From assembly GCF_006345805.1 (NCBI RefSeq), contig NC_043011.1:41924464-41988463 (forward strand): a stretch of 64,000 bases of DNA, given 5' to 3'. A program made the translations under genes and the position numbers. This document shows positions 54,179 to 64,000 of the stretch, in pieces. The notes under the pieces were generated by a model that worked only from the letters and a program-made list of their open reading frames with translations, was not told where the DNA came from and made no database searches. Each line of letters opens with the position of its first letter. The stretch's first letter is position 1. This DNA comes from Octopus sinensis (Eukaryota).

Positions 54179-54196
54179 ATATATATATATATATGT

Positions 54197-54235
<39 letters not shown>

Positions 54236-54360
54236 CATATACATTATATATATATATATAAATGTTCCTTTTTTAGGTCAAGTTCTATACAAAAGCAATT
54301 TAACATTAAACTGAAGTATTGCACAATACTTTTTAGTAGAGTCAATATTTATGAACTGTA

Positions 54361-54469
54361 ACAAAGAAGAGGCTGACAGTGACTTTGAAGTTTTGGTTTG
54401 CTTGCCTTCCCAGTCTGATCAAGATGAGTCAGCCAAAACTTCAAAGTTACTGTCCATTTTTTTCTTTGT
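54361..54469. repeat. Small hairpin or MITE-like inverted repeat
   Basis: 24-bp arms 54375-54398 and 54431-54454 (22/24) plus outer acaaagaa/ttctttgt. Confidence 0.75.
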
Positions 54470-55431
54470 AAAAGTTACACACACGCATATCACTTTACAG
54501 ACAAATACATAGGTAGATATATTTATATGTGTATGTGTCTATATATATATATATGTGTGTGTGTGTATATATGTGTGTGTGTGTGTTTATATATCTGCAC
54601 ACACCACACACACAAATATGCTCACACACACACATACATACATATATATATATATACATATATATATGGGGGGGAGTTATTGGTTTTCTACTGATACCAG
54701 TTCCTTCTCCCTTGTGATCAACAAAATTCTACAGGTGATGCCATAGTTTGGTTTTTTCCCTCAATCTCTTCACATTCATGGTTCATGCCATGGTCATAAA
54801 CATCTTTAGACAGTGGTGTGACACCATACGTAGTTTCAAATAGCAACAACTGCAACACAAATAATGATAATAATAATAACAATAACAGCATTGATACCAA
54901 CAAATAATTATGATAACGATAACAATACTATTAATAATGAGACTTAAGAATTTCTTACAATAATATTCATATTAATAATCGCAATTATTATGTAATACTA
55001 TGAATAATTGTAATCGTTATGAAATAATTTTATAATGTTCTTAAACCATTTTATATATCTTCTGTATTCTACTGATTCCTTAACCAGTTTTTCTTCTACC
55101 CTGTCTCCGTTTTGGGGTATTAGTTCTGGAAAAATAGTTCTGTTTCATACAATTTTTTTTTTTTTCGTAATTTCCTGATGAAACTGTATTTAAATGTAAT
55201 GGTTTTTAAAAAGAAAAACAATTTAAACAAAAATAAAAAAAGCAAAAAAATAAACGAGAAAAAAAAGAAAATGGACTCATTACTGTAATGTAATTAATCT
55301 CATATATTTTCTGGTCAATGTCTCTTCATTATTTTTTTTTTCATTTTCTATTTTCTCTTTATTTATTATATTTTTTTAATGAAAAATTTTAATGACTTCT
55401 GTGTCTTTTCAGTATGTGTGTGTGTGTGTGA

Positions 55432-55463
<32 letters not shown>

Positions 55464-55623
55464 AAGAAAGAATGTATGAAAAAGATAGAGTAAGAGAGAG
55501 AAAAAGAGAAAGGCAGTGAGTGAAAAAGTGAGAAAAGATTTAAACAAAAAAAAGTACAAAAAATTGCATGATGGAAAGACAAACTAAAAACAAAAATAAT
55601 AATATTAATCCCTTGAAACTTCA

Positions 55624-55660
<37 letters not shown>

Positions 55661-55703
55661 AATAATAAAAATGATGATTATGATGATGATAATAATAATA
55701 ATA

Positions 55704-55737
<34 letters not shown>

Positions 55738-55741
<4 letters not shown>

Positions 55742-56265
55742 GCCCTGATGCAGTACCAGACAGTAGCTCTCATGGCTTCTGATCTTAACTGATTGGAAGT
55801 GTTATCATGTTTTGTCTTGGTATAAAAGATGGGCTACAGCAAATATTCTGCTCAATACCACAGATTTGCTTGTCAGTTGCTTGACCTTAAACAGTTGAGC
55901 ATGTCCCTTAGTGGCTGATGATATGTGCATCTCTGATCACGAGCAGAAGTAGTGGGGAAGCATCATAACCATGTGTCGAGAGGGATTCTTTGGGGTTTGA
56001 ATAATTTATCTCTGGAAACATGGGTGTTTCGTTCAACATCCTTTTGAGCGGAATGGGTTACTCGACCAGAAGAAAATTCTAACTGGGCCCCATCTGCAAG
56101 GTCATGCACTGTTTATCTTGATATGAGAACACCATGTCGCGCACATATGGTTGTGATGCATGTGCCTAATGTACCCTTATCAGACGGGTAATCATGATGG
56201 GTATACTGGGCTTCGTATATTTTACCCCAGTGTCATTTTGATGGCATGGACTGCTCTCTCACTCA
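55738..56265. mobile_element. Unclassified ~530-bp repeat embedded in (AAT)n
   Basis: Homologous to the inverted copy at 56430-56758; (AAT)n at both ends; no coding similarity recognised. Confidence 0.7.
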
Positions 56266-56393
56266 ATAATAATAATAATAATGATGATGATGATAATAAC
56301 TATGATGTTAATATTTTAGAGATTGTCTATTTTGATTTTCTGTACAGGTCTTTAGAAATCATAAAATATATTTGCTTGTGGCTGTCTTATTAC

Positions 56394-56429
<36 letters not shown>

Positions 56430-56430
<1 letters not shown>

Positions 56431-56758
56431 GAATGAGAGAGCAATGCATGCCATCAAAGTGATACTGGGGTAAAATATGTAAAGCCCAATATGCTCATAA
56501 TAACTACCTGTTTGATAACGGTACACCAGGCACATGCATCACAACCATATGTGCACAACATGGTGACCTTATATCAAGCTGAACAGCTCATGACCTTGCA
56601 GGTGGGGCCCAATTAGAATTTTCTTCAGGTTGAGTAGCCCAGCCTACTTAAAAGGTCCCTGAATAAGAGTTGTTTGAGGATGTTGAACAAAACACCCATG
56701 TTTCCAAAGGTAAATTATTCAAAACCTAAAGAATTCCTCTCAACACATGGCTATGTTG
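56430..56758. mobile_element. Inverted partial copy of the same ~530-bp repeat
   Basis: Reverse complement of about 55962-56265 at roughly 80% identity by eye. Confidence 0.75.
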
Positions 56759-56934
56759 ATTATCATGCATGTTCTTTCTTTTTTTTTTTATTCACCACAA
56801 CCATGTCCAGTTTCCAGTGTCTGGTTGGGTGATTGCACTGAATCATTGCATCCCACAGGATTTTGCAATTTTCTTTTTCGGTGATTCTTTCTGGAGTTTG
56901 CTCATAACTATTATTATTATTATTATTATTATAA

Positions 56935-57420
56935 ATAATAATAATAATATTTTAGCTTGGTTTGGGGTCATTTTACTTCCTAGCCAGATCTCCACCTAAC
57001 TATGTTATGAGAAGAGGCATTTCCTCAAGAGATAGGCCCTTGAGGTTAGTTCAATCTTTTGGACATCATGTATATTTGATTTCCCAGATCTTTTATCAAT
57101 GAAGATTGAAGACCATTTTTTAAACCATGCCTATTGCTCCTGCTACAACTGGTTCAGGAACTGTTTTGAATTTCTATATTCTGCTCATTTTTATCTCCAG
57201 GTCCTTATATTTAGCTAACTTGTTAAATTCTTTGGCTGAGATATTTCAATCAGTTACTACTGTCGTATCTACTTGACAGAAAGCATTTTATCGAAGATCT
57301 TTGATTATGATATCATGTATATTAACAGTATGGATGGTAGAGTCCCACAAAATAGTATCTCTATTATCCTCTGTCACTTGGTTCAGGTGGTGTTCATACC
57401 AGTTTTTAAGAAGGGAAATG
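56935..57420 (-). mobile_element. R4/Dong-like RLE fragment, degenerate
   Basis: WYEHHLNQVTEDNRDTILWDSTIHT...NISAKEFNKLAKYKDLEIKMSRI...PVVAGAIGMV; ends in an AAT/ATT tract. Confidence 0.75.
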
Positions 57421-57460
57421 TCAGAATGACAACATGTTCTAATGTAGGTACTGCCCCATT

Positions 57461-57495
<35 letters not shown>

Positions 57496-58656
57496 CCTTT
57501 CGGAGTTGATAAATTAAGTACCAGTAATTGACTAGTTCCCCCTCCCCAATGTAATTGACTAGTCCCCTCCCCCAAAATTTCAGGCCTTGTGCCTATAGTA
57601 GAAAGGATTATTATTATTATTATATTATTATTATTATTATTATTATTATTTATGTATCTATTTAGAGATTTTTTTGTTGTGTATGTGTGTGTCAAAGTAG
57701 TTGTTATTGTTGTGTAGCCCTAGGTTCACTCTAAATGAGCAGACCTATAATCAAAGGCTTTCCAGCCTTGACCATCCGGAATTTTGTATATATAAAATTA
57801 CTTTATCCATTGTTCTCTTTCTATTTTTGTTTTAAAACAGTTGGGTGTGATGTGAGGAGGTTTGACTATTATTCTTAGTGTGTTATACAACCATTTGTTA
57901 AGGCTCTCCCTTTTTCGTCTGTGATTTGAGGGAGATATGGTTGCTATTTGAGGGAGATATGGTTGCTATTTTTTGCATGTTAAGCAACCATGTATGAAAT
58001 CTATTCTTTTTCTTTTTAAAACAGTAGAATGCGATTTGGTTGTTATTTCTAGCATGTTAAGCAACTACATGTAAAGGTTCTCTCATTGGCACCTCTATGA
58101 AAATAGTAGCAAACGGTGGTGGAATTGGTAAAAATTCAAAAAAAAGTTCCTTGCAGTAGTTATGTGTCTTCCAAGTTCTAATCTCACCAAAGTCAACCTT
58201 GCTGTTGATCCTTCCAGGTTTGATGTCACCCACAAAATATATGGCCTTAAACATATATAAGAAATCATTAAACACAGGCGTGTATTGCTTTTTCTATTCA
58301 TATTGTTTGGAATTAATTCTGCATTGTCTTGTAGCTTTGAGATTTCGATTATGAGATTGTTTACTTTCATATTCTATGACATTATAGGGTAGATGTAAGA
58401 GCCTGTATTTGACCAGTTTGAACATAAAATAAATGAAATATTTTGGCTGGATATGGCTAAGCAGATTAAAATATTATTTAAACTACAATACAATTTCATA
58501 AGGAAATTTATTAGAGTGACCTCACTTGTTTGAAGTTTAAGATCTTTGAAATATTCCTATGACAACCAGAAATGAAAAGAAAAACATGAACTTGAAGCAA
58601 CCATTATTTACCTTATTTACATTGGACGGATATGTGTCCTCATCTTGTTTGTTATT

Positions 58657-58703
58657 ACCACAACGTTTCGGCTGATTTACTATCCAACCTTCATCAGATG
58701 TCC
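58657..58703 (-). ncRNA. Minimal hammerhead ribozyme-like motif
   Basis: GGACAT-CTGATGA-A-GGTTG(gatagtaaat)CAGCC-GAAAC-GTT-GTGGT; intact core, palindromic ACGT. Confidence 0.65.
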
Positions 58704-58757
58704 TGGTCAAATTTTGAACCCAATCCTGGGTTTGCATTCCTAAGGTATTTTTACTGA

Positions 58758-58800
<43 letters not shown>

Positions 58801-58956
58801 TAATCGTTAAGAGCGTGGGCTACTAACCTCAAGATTTTGAGTTCAATTCCAGGCAGTGCCTTGAATGAACAAGAAGAAATAGAAGAAGAAGAAGAACAAC
58901 AACAACAACAGTAGCAGCAGCAAAATAATACCCGGGTTGGGCTTAAAATTCTACCA

Positions 58957-59000
58957 GGACACCTGATGAAGGCTGGAGAGTAAATCAACCGAAACGTGGT
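58957..59000 (+). ncRNA. Hammerhead-like motif, damaged
   Basis: GGACAC-CTGATGA-A-GGCTG..CAACC-GAAAC-GTGGT; 3-nt deletion at the cleavage site. Confidence 0.45.
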
Positions 59001-59394
59001 AACAACAAACAAGATGAGGACACATCCATCCAATGTATATAATGTAAATAATGTACAGAGTTCCTCATTTCTAAAATACAGAACAGAACTTGAAGCAGCC
59101 ATTTTTACATTTGTTGTTCACAAGATTTTTTTAAAAGGAATGTAAAGATAAAGATAAGTGTTTTCTTCATAACTTCCAAATAATATTGAAAATACATTGA
59201 AAGGACAGATATTTCAAGGGAAATCTGGTTTGGATTACCATTTGAAGAATTAGATATGTGTAACTCGGAGAACTGCAGTTGAGAACCTTTCAGTTGTAAC
59301 GTTTTAGAAGAACCCTCTACATTTATATATAAAGTTCTGTAATTTATTATTCCTGGTGAATCAACAGAGATTGAGATATATACATATGCATATC

Positions 59395-59735
59395 AGCAGC
59401 AGCACCACTCATGTCTGAGTTTGGTTCATCTGGTGCCTCCATGATGCTTAAACCTGATGTGACTCAGAAGGCCAAGTTTGGAATGGAACAGTCTCAGGCA
59501 TTGATCATCTCAAGTTGTCAGGTCATGCCATCTGAATGGCCACTTCAAGATTCCTTTGGACCATCCTTTACAGTGAGGTCATCAACGGCAAACAACATCG
59601 GGGAGCCCAAAAATGTAGATTCAAAGACCAACAGAAGTATTCCCTCCTTCAAACTGGAATCAACCTTAACACTTGGGAAAAAGAAGCTGCTGGCCATCCA
59701 TCCTAGCAAAGTGCAATTCAGTTAAGCTGTTCCAC
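59395..59735 (-). mobile_element. Degenerate RTE-like ORF2 C-terminus with zinc finger
   Basis: ARMDGQQLLF...GGNTSVG...WHDL...CLRLFHSKLGLLSHIRFKH with several stops. Confidence 0.55.
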
Positions 59736-59877
59736 TTTTGAGGAAGGGAAAAAGGACATATATATATGTGGGTGTATATACATACATATATATATATATA
59801 TATAGTTGAAATTGGTTGAAAAACAAAAGACAGGTGTATGAATAACAAGCAAGTATATTAGTATATATGTATATATA

Positions 59878-60279
59878 CAGACGTGGCTGTGTGGTAAGAA
59901 GCTTACTTCCCAACCACATGGTTTCAGGTTCAGTCCCATTGCGTAACACCTTGAGCTAGTGTCTATTACTATAGTCTTGGGTCAACCACAGCCTTGTGAA
60001 TGGATTTGGTAGATAGAAATTGAAAGAAGCCTGTCATATACATATATATATGTATGTATTTGTGTGTATGTATGTATCTGTGTTTGTCCTCCTACCATTG
60101 CTTGACAACTGATGTTGGTGTGTTTATGTCTGCGTAATTTAGCAGTTCGGCAAAAAGTGAATGATAAAGTAAGTACTACACTTACACAGAATAAGTCCTG
60201 GGGTTGATTTGTTCAACTAAATGTGGTGCTCCAGCATGGCTACAGTCAAATGACTGAAACAAGTAAAAGAATTAAAGAA
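59878..60279 (+). mobile_element. SINE family A
   Basis: gtggctgtgtggtaagaagcttacttcccaaccacatggtttcaggttcagtccc ... gactgaaacaagtaaaaga. Confidence 0.9.
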
Positions 60280-60441
60280 AATATATATATATTATCATCA
60301 TTACTTTTCCATGCTCACATGGGTTGGACAGAATTTGTCAAGGTAGATTTTCAATGCTACCCTTCTTGTCACCAACCCTCACCTGTTTCCAAATGAGGTA
60401 ATATTTCTTGATGGCAAGACATATTTTTCACAGAAAATTGG

Positions 60442-60816
60442 AAAAAGCACCATTCAAGCATGGTCAATATCAGTGCCGCCTGACTGGTCCTGTGCCGGTG
60501 GCATGTTAAAAGCACCATTCGAACGTGATCGATGCCAGTGTTGGCTGACTAGTCCCATGCCAGTGGCATGTAAAAAGCACCATTCGAGCATTGTCGTTGC
60601 CAGTTCCACCTGACTGGCCCTCGTACTGGTGGCATGTAAAAAGCACCCACTACACTCTCGGAGTAGTTGGCGTTAGGAAGGGCATCCAGCTGTAGAAACT
60701 TTGCTAGATCGGATTGGAGCCTGGTGCAGCCTTCTGGATTGCCAGCCCTCAGTCAAACCGTCCAACACATGCCAACATGGAATGCAAACTTTAGACAATG
60801 ATGATGATGATGATGA
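60442..60816 (+). mobile_element. RTE 3' UTR fragment
   Basis: Tandem aaaagcaccattc subrepeats, aggaagggcatcc, (GAT)n tail. Confidence 0.85.
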
Positions 60817-61332
60817 TTAGTAATGAAGGCCACACACATTTTAGAACAATCACACAATGTCAAGGCTACATGACAGTAATACACACACACACACATGACA
60901 GGTCTCTTTCATACACATACATACATGCACACACATAAGTATGTGTGTATGTATATATTGTGATATCATTGGAACATTTATTATATTTTCTTTAGTTGTT
61001 TATCCACTTCTATCTCAACATGTAAGCCCCGCCCCACCTCCTCTGTTCTGAGAACTAAAATGGAAGAGAGGCATGGAACTGATTGAACAAAGCCCTGCTT
61101 GTTTCTTTTCAGTAGAAGTGTCAAGATGTGTCAAGTTGATTGTAAATGTTTAAAGGGTTGACTAAGCTACAAGATTGCTGATATCTCAAACAGAAAAAAA
61201 GTGAAAAGTTATAAAAAAAAATAAATAACTCACAAAAATGAACTGAGAAAATGTAGAAAGGATCTCAGAATTTATCAGTCATAAGATATAATTAAACGTG
61301 TCTGTGTGTGTGTACATGTATGTATATGTTAC

Positions 61333-61379
<47 letters not shown>

Positions 61380-61529
61380 CACATGAATAATAATGCATTT
61401 ACATGTATACATGTCTGTATGAGTATATATATATATATAAATATATGTAAAATAAGGATAAAAATCATGTTAATGATTATTATCAGGTAGTCAGCATGGA
61501 ATAAAATTTTATAAGCAATTTATATATTA

Positions 61530-62566
61530 GGAGGGTGTGCTGAAAGTGTAGCTGCTAGAATAAGAATAGCCTGGGCAAAGTTCTGAGAGCTCTTACCGCT
61601 GCTGGTGACAAAGGGCTTCTCACTCAGGGTAAAAGGTAGACTGTATGACGCATGTGTATGAACAGCCATGCTACATGGCAGTGAAACATAGGCCGTGACT
61701 ACTGAGGACATGCATATGCTCGCAAGGAATGAAGCCAGTATGATCCGGTGGATGTGTAATGTCAGTGTGCTTACCCGACAGAGTGTAAGTACCTTGAGAG
61801 AAAAGTAGGACCTAAGAAGCATCAGATGTGGTGTGCAAGAGAGACAACTGCACTGGTATGGTCATGTGGCAAGAATGGATTAGGATAGCTGTGTGAAAAA
61901 GTGTCACACCCTAGTGGTTGAGGGAACCTGTGGAAAAGGTAGACCCAGGAAGACCTGGGATGAAGTGGTGAAGAACAACTATCGAACATTAGGCCTCACT
62001 GAGGCAATGAGTAGTGACCGAGACTTTTGGAAATATGCTGTGCTTGAGAAGACCCAGCAAGCCAAATGAGACCATAACGTCGTGACTTATGCCAGGGGTG
62101 TAACCAGCCCATTTATGTGTATCTTTCCTTCATTTGACACTAAACTCTGCTTGCGAAGACCTGTTGAGGCAAGTGAAATTGAAATCAAATTCGATGACTG
62201 GCATTCATGCTAATGGGGTGCTAAGAGCACCATCCAAGCATGATCATTGCCAGAGCAGCTAACTGGCTTCGAATGTAAAAGGCACCATTCAAGCGTGAGT
62301 GTTACCAGTGTCGCCTTACTGGCACCTGTGCCTGTGGTATGTGAAAAAAACATCCGAGCATGGTCATTGCCAGTACCGCATGAATGGCACGTAAAAGCAC
62401 CCACTACACTCTCGGAGTGATTGGTGTCAGGAAGGGCATCCAGTTGTAGAAATTCTGCCAGATCAAGATTGGAGCCTGGTGCAGCCATCTGGTTTGCCAG
62501 TCCTCAGTCAAATCATCCAACCCGTGCTAGCATGGAAAGCAGACATTAAACGATGATGATAATGAT
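61530..62566 (+). mobile_element. RTE-clade LINE, 5'-truncated: ORF2 C-terminus (61530-62069, 5 stops) plus 3' UTR
   Basis: ARIRIAWAKF..LLP...KGRLYDACV.TAMLHGSET...LHWYGHVARM...GRPRKTWDEVV; UTR is the source of the many aggaagggcatcc/(GAT)n fragments. Confidence 0.92.
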
Positions 62567-62611
62567 ATTAAATTAATAATTAATATAGTTGTATATATTA
62601 TTATTTATTTA

Positions 62612-62643
<32 letters not shown>

Positions 62644-63384
62644 ATATCAGCAGCAGCAGCCCTTTTTCAATGCTAACATGGGTTCGACTGTTTGGGAGAA
62701 ACCAATAACTCTGAGAGCTATGTTTGCTTCCAATTTCCTGCTTTAGCATGGTTTCTATGGCTGGATGTCCTTCCTAATGCCAACCACTTTACAGAGTGTA
62801 CGGGATGCTTCTCTTGTGGCACCAGCACTAGTGAAGTCACCAAGTCACTTGCAAGACAAGACCCCTCAACTGGGTGAGTTTAATATTGAAGAATATGAAG
62901 GTATAATAATGGAACAGGAACTGAGGTCTTGCTGAAGAGGTGTGAATACATGGCTTCCCCAGTTGGAAAGAGACATAGAGAGCTGGTAAGAGAGAACTGC
63001 AAAGGTACAAAATACAAATACAAAAAGGAGAGAGAGAGAATAAGGATAGAAGAACAGAAAAGGTGGGTGGGTAGGTAAGTGTGTTAGTTTAGGAGATGAT
63101 TAGAAATGAGGACTGAGGAGAAGGCAGTTTCTGGGATAGGAAGTGAAAGACAAATAGGATTTGGTCACAGAGCAGTGGTGGTGGTGGTGGTGGTAGTGAT
63201 GATGATGCTGGTGGTGGTGATTTTTATGTTTTCCTAATCCCATTTTAATTATCAAATTAAAGGCAACAAAATTACTGGACACCGTTATATTGAGATTTTT
63301 TTCACCAATTAGCAGACTATCAACTGTGTTGGCCACACTTTTCTTTTCTCAAATTCATTCCAACTCAGTGATTTTACCGGGGCA

Positions 63385-63745
63385 AGCAGTTGTTGAACTT
63401 TGCTTCTTGGCCATATGCTTCTAGGTTCAGTCCCACTACATGGCACCTTGGGCAAGTGTCTTCTACTATAGCCACAGGTCAACCAAAGCCTTGTGAATGG
63501 ATTTGGTAGACAGAAACTGAAAGAAGCTTGTCGTATATATGTGAGTGTGTGTGTATGTTTGTTCCCCATTACCACATACAGGTGTTGGTGTGTTTACATT
63601 CCCATAACTTAGCAGTTCAGCAAAAGAGACCAATAGAATAAGTACCAGGCTGTAAAATGTAAGTACTGGGATTGATTCATTCCACTAAAATTCTTCAAGG
63701 CAGTGCCCCAGCATGGCCACAGTCTAATGCCTGAAACAAGTAAAA
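63385..63745 (+). mobile_element. SINE family A
   Basis: ggttcagtcccactacatggcaccttgggcaagtg ... ctgaaacaagtaaaa. Confidence 0.85.
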
Positions 63746-63809
63746 CCCTGATTGTATATACAAAGTGTTCAAGCGAAATTTGGCAATTTTTGTGTCTCTT
63801 GTTTTTCAG

Positions 63810-63915
63810 GAAAAGTTTCATATATTGGTGAACAGTCAATGATGTTGGAGAGCATAAGGATTAAAGTTTTAGTTGAGAAAAAGTTAGCTGACATGGAGGA
63901 CTGGAAGCCACCTGA
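63810..63915 (+). CDS. Candidate internal exon (GKVSYIGEQSMMLESIRIKVLVEKKLADMEDWKPPE)
   Basis: Acceptor gtgtctcttgtttttcag; 34 open codons; moderate donor gtattg. Confidence 0.3.
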
Positions 63916-64000
63916 GTATTGGTGATTATTCTTGCCAGGCATCAAAATGCTGTTGCCATGACTACTGCTCAATGCTCTGTGGACATTGTAAAGGCAGAAA

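Larger units (their letters stand above)
58606..59085. mobile_element. Second palindromic tRNA-head plus hammerhead element, with TSD
   Basis: Same organisation as 35378-35890; flanked by direct repeat gaacttgaagca(a/g)ccatt at 58588-58605 and 59086-59103. Confidence 0.85.

Overview
AT-rich, microsatellite-dense animal genomic DNA. The repeat families look like coleoid cephalopod, probably Octopus; this is inferred from sequence character, not from a database search. Almost all entries in the ORF track are translations of (TA)n, (CA)n, (AAT)n or (CAT)n repeats. Genic signal: the 3' end of a plus-strand gene, with a clear terminal exon at 19843-19985 ending in the PDZ-type motif ETTV, joined in frame by three candidate microexons (21, 26 and 12 nt). 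A few weaker candidate exons and a possible promoter or first exon near 49056-49109 lie further on. The rest is mobile DNA: RTE LINE 3' ends (including a young subfamily inserted in (TA)n), CR1-group 3' ends, R4/Dong-like RLE fragments in (TAA)n, several tRNA-derived SINE families, and piggyBac-, pogo- and mariner-type MITEs. The most notable observation is a set of at least four or five unrelated short elements, most of them palindromic, that each fold into a type I hammerhead ribozyme. They include a two-copy family combining a tRNA-derived Pol III head, an (AAT)n spacer and a hammerhead in a Penelope-like inverted arrangement, which is a candidate ribozyme-bearing SINE or retrozyme. All folds were done by eye and are untested.
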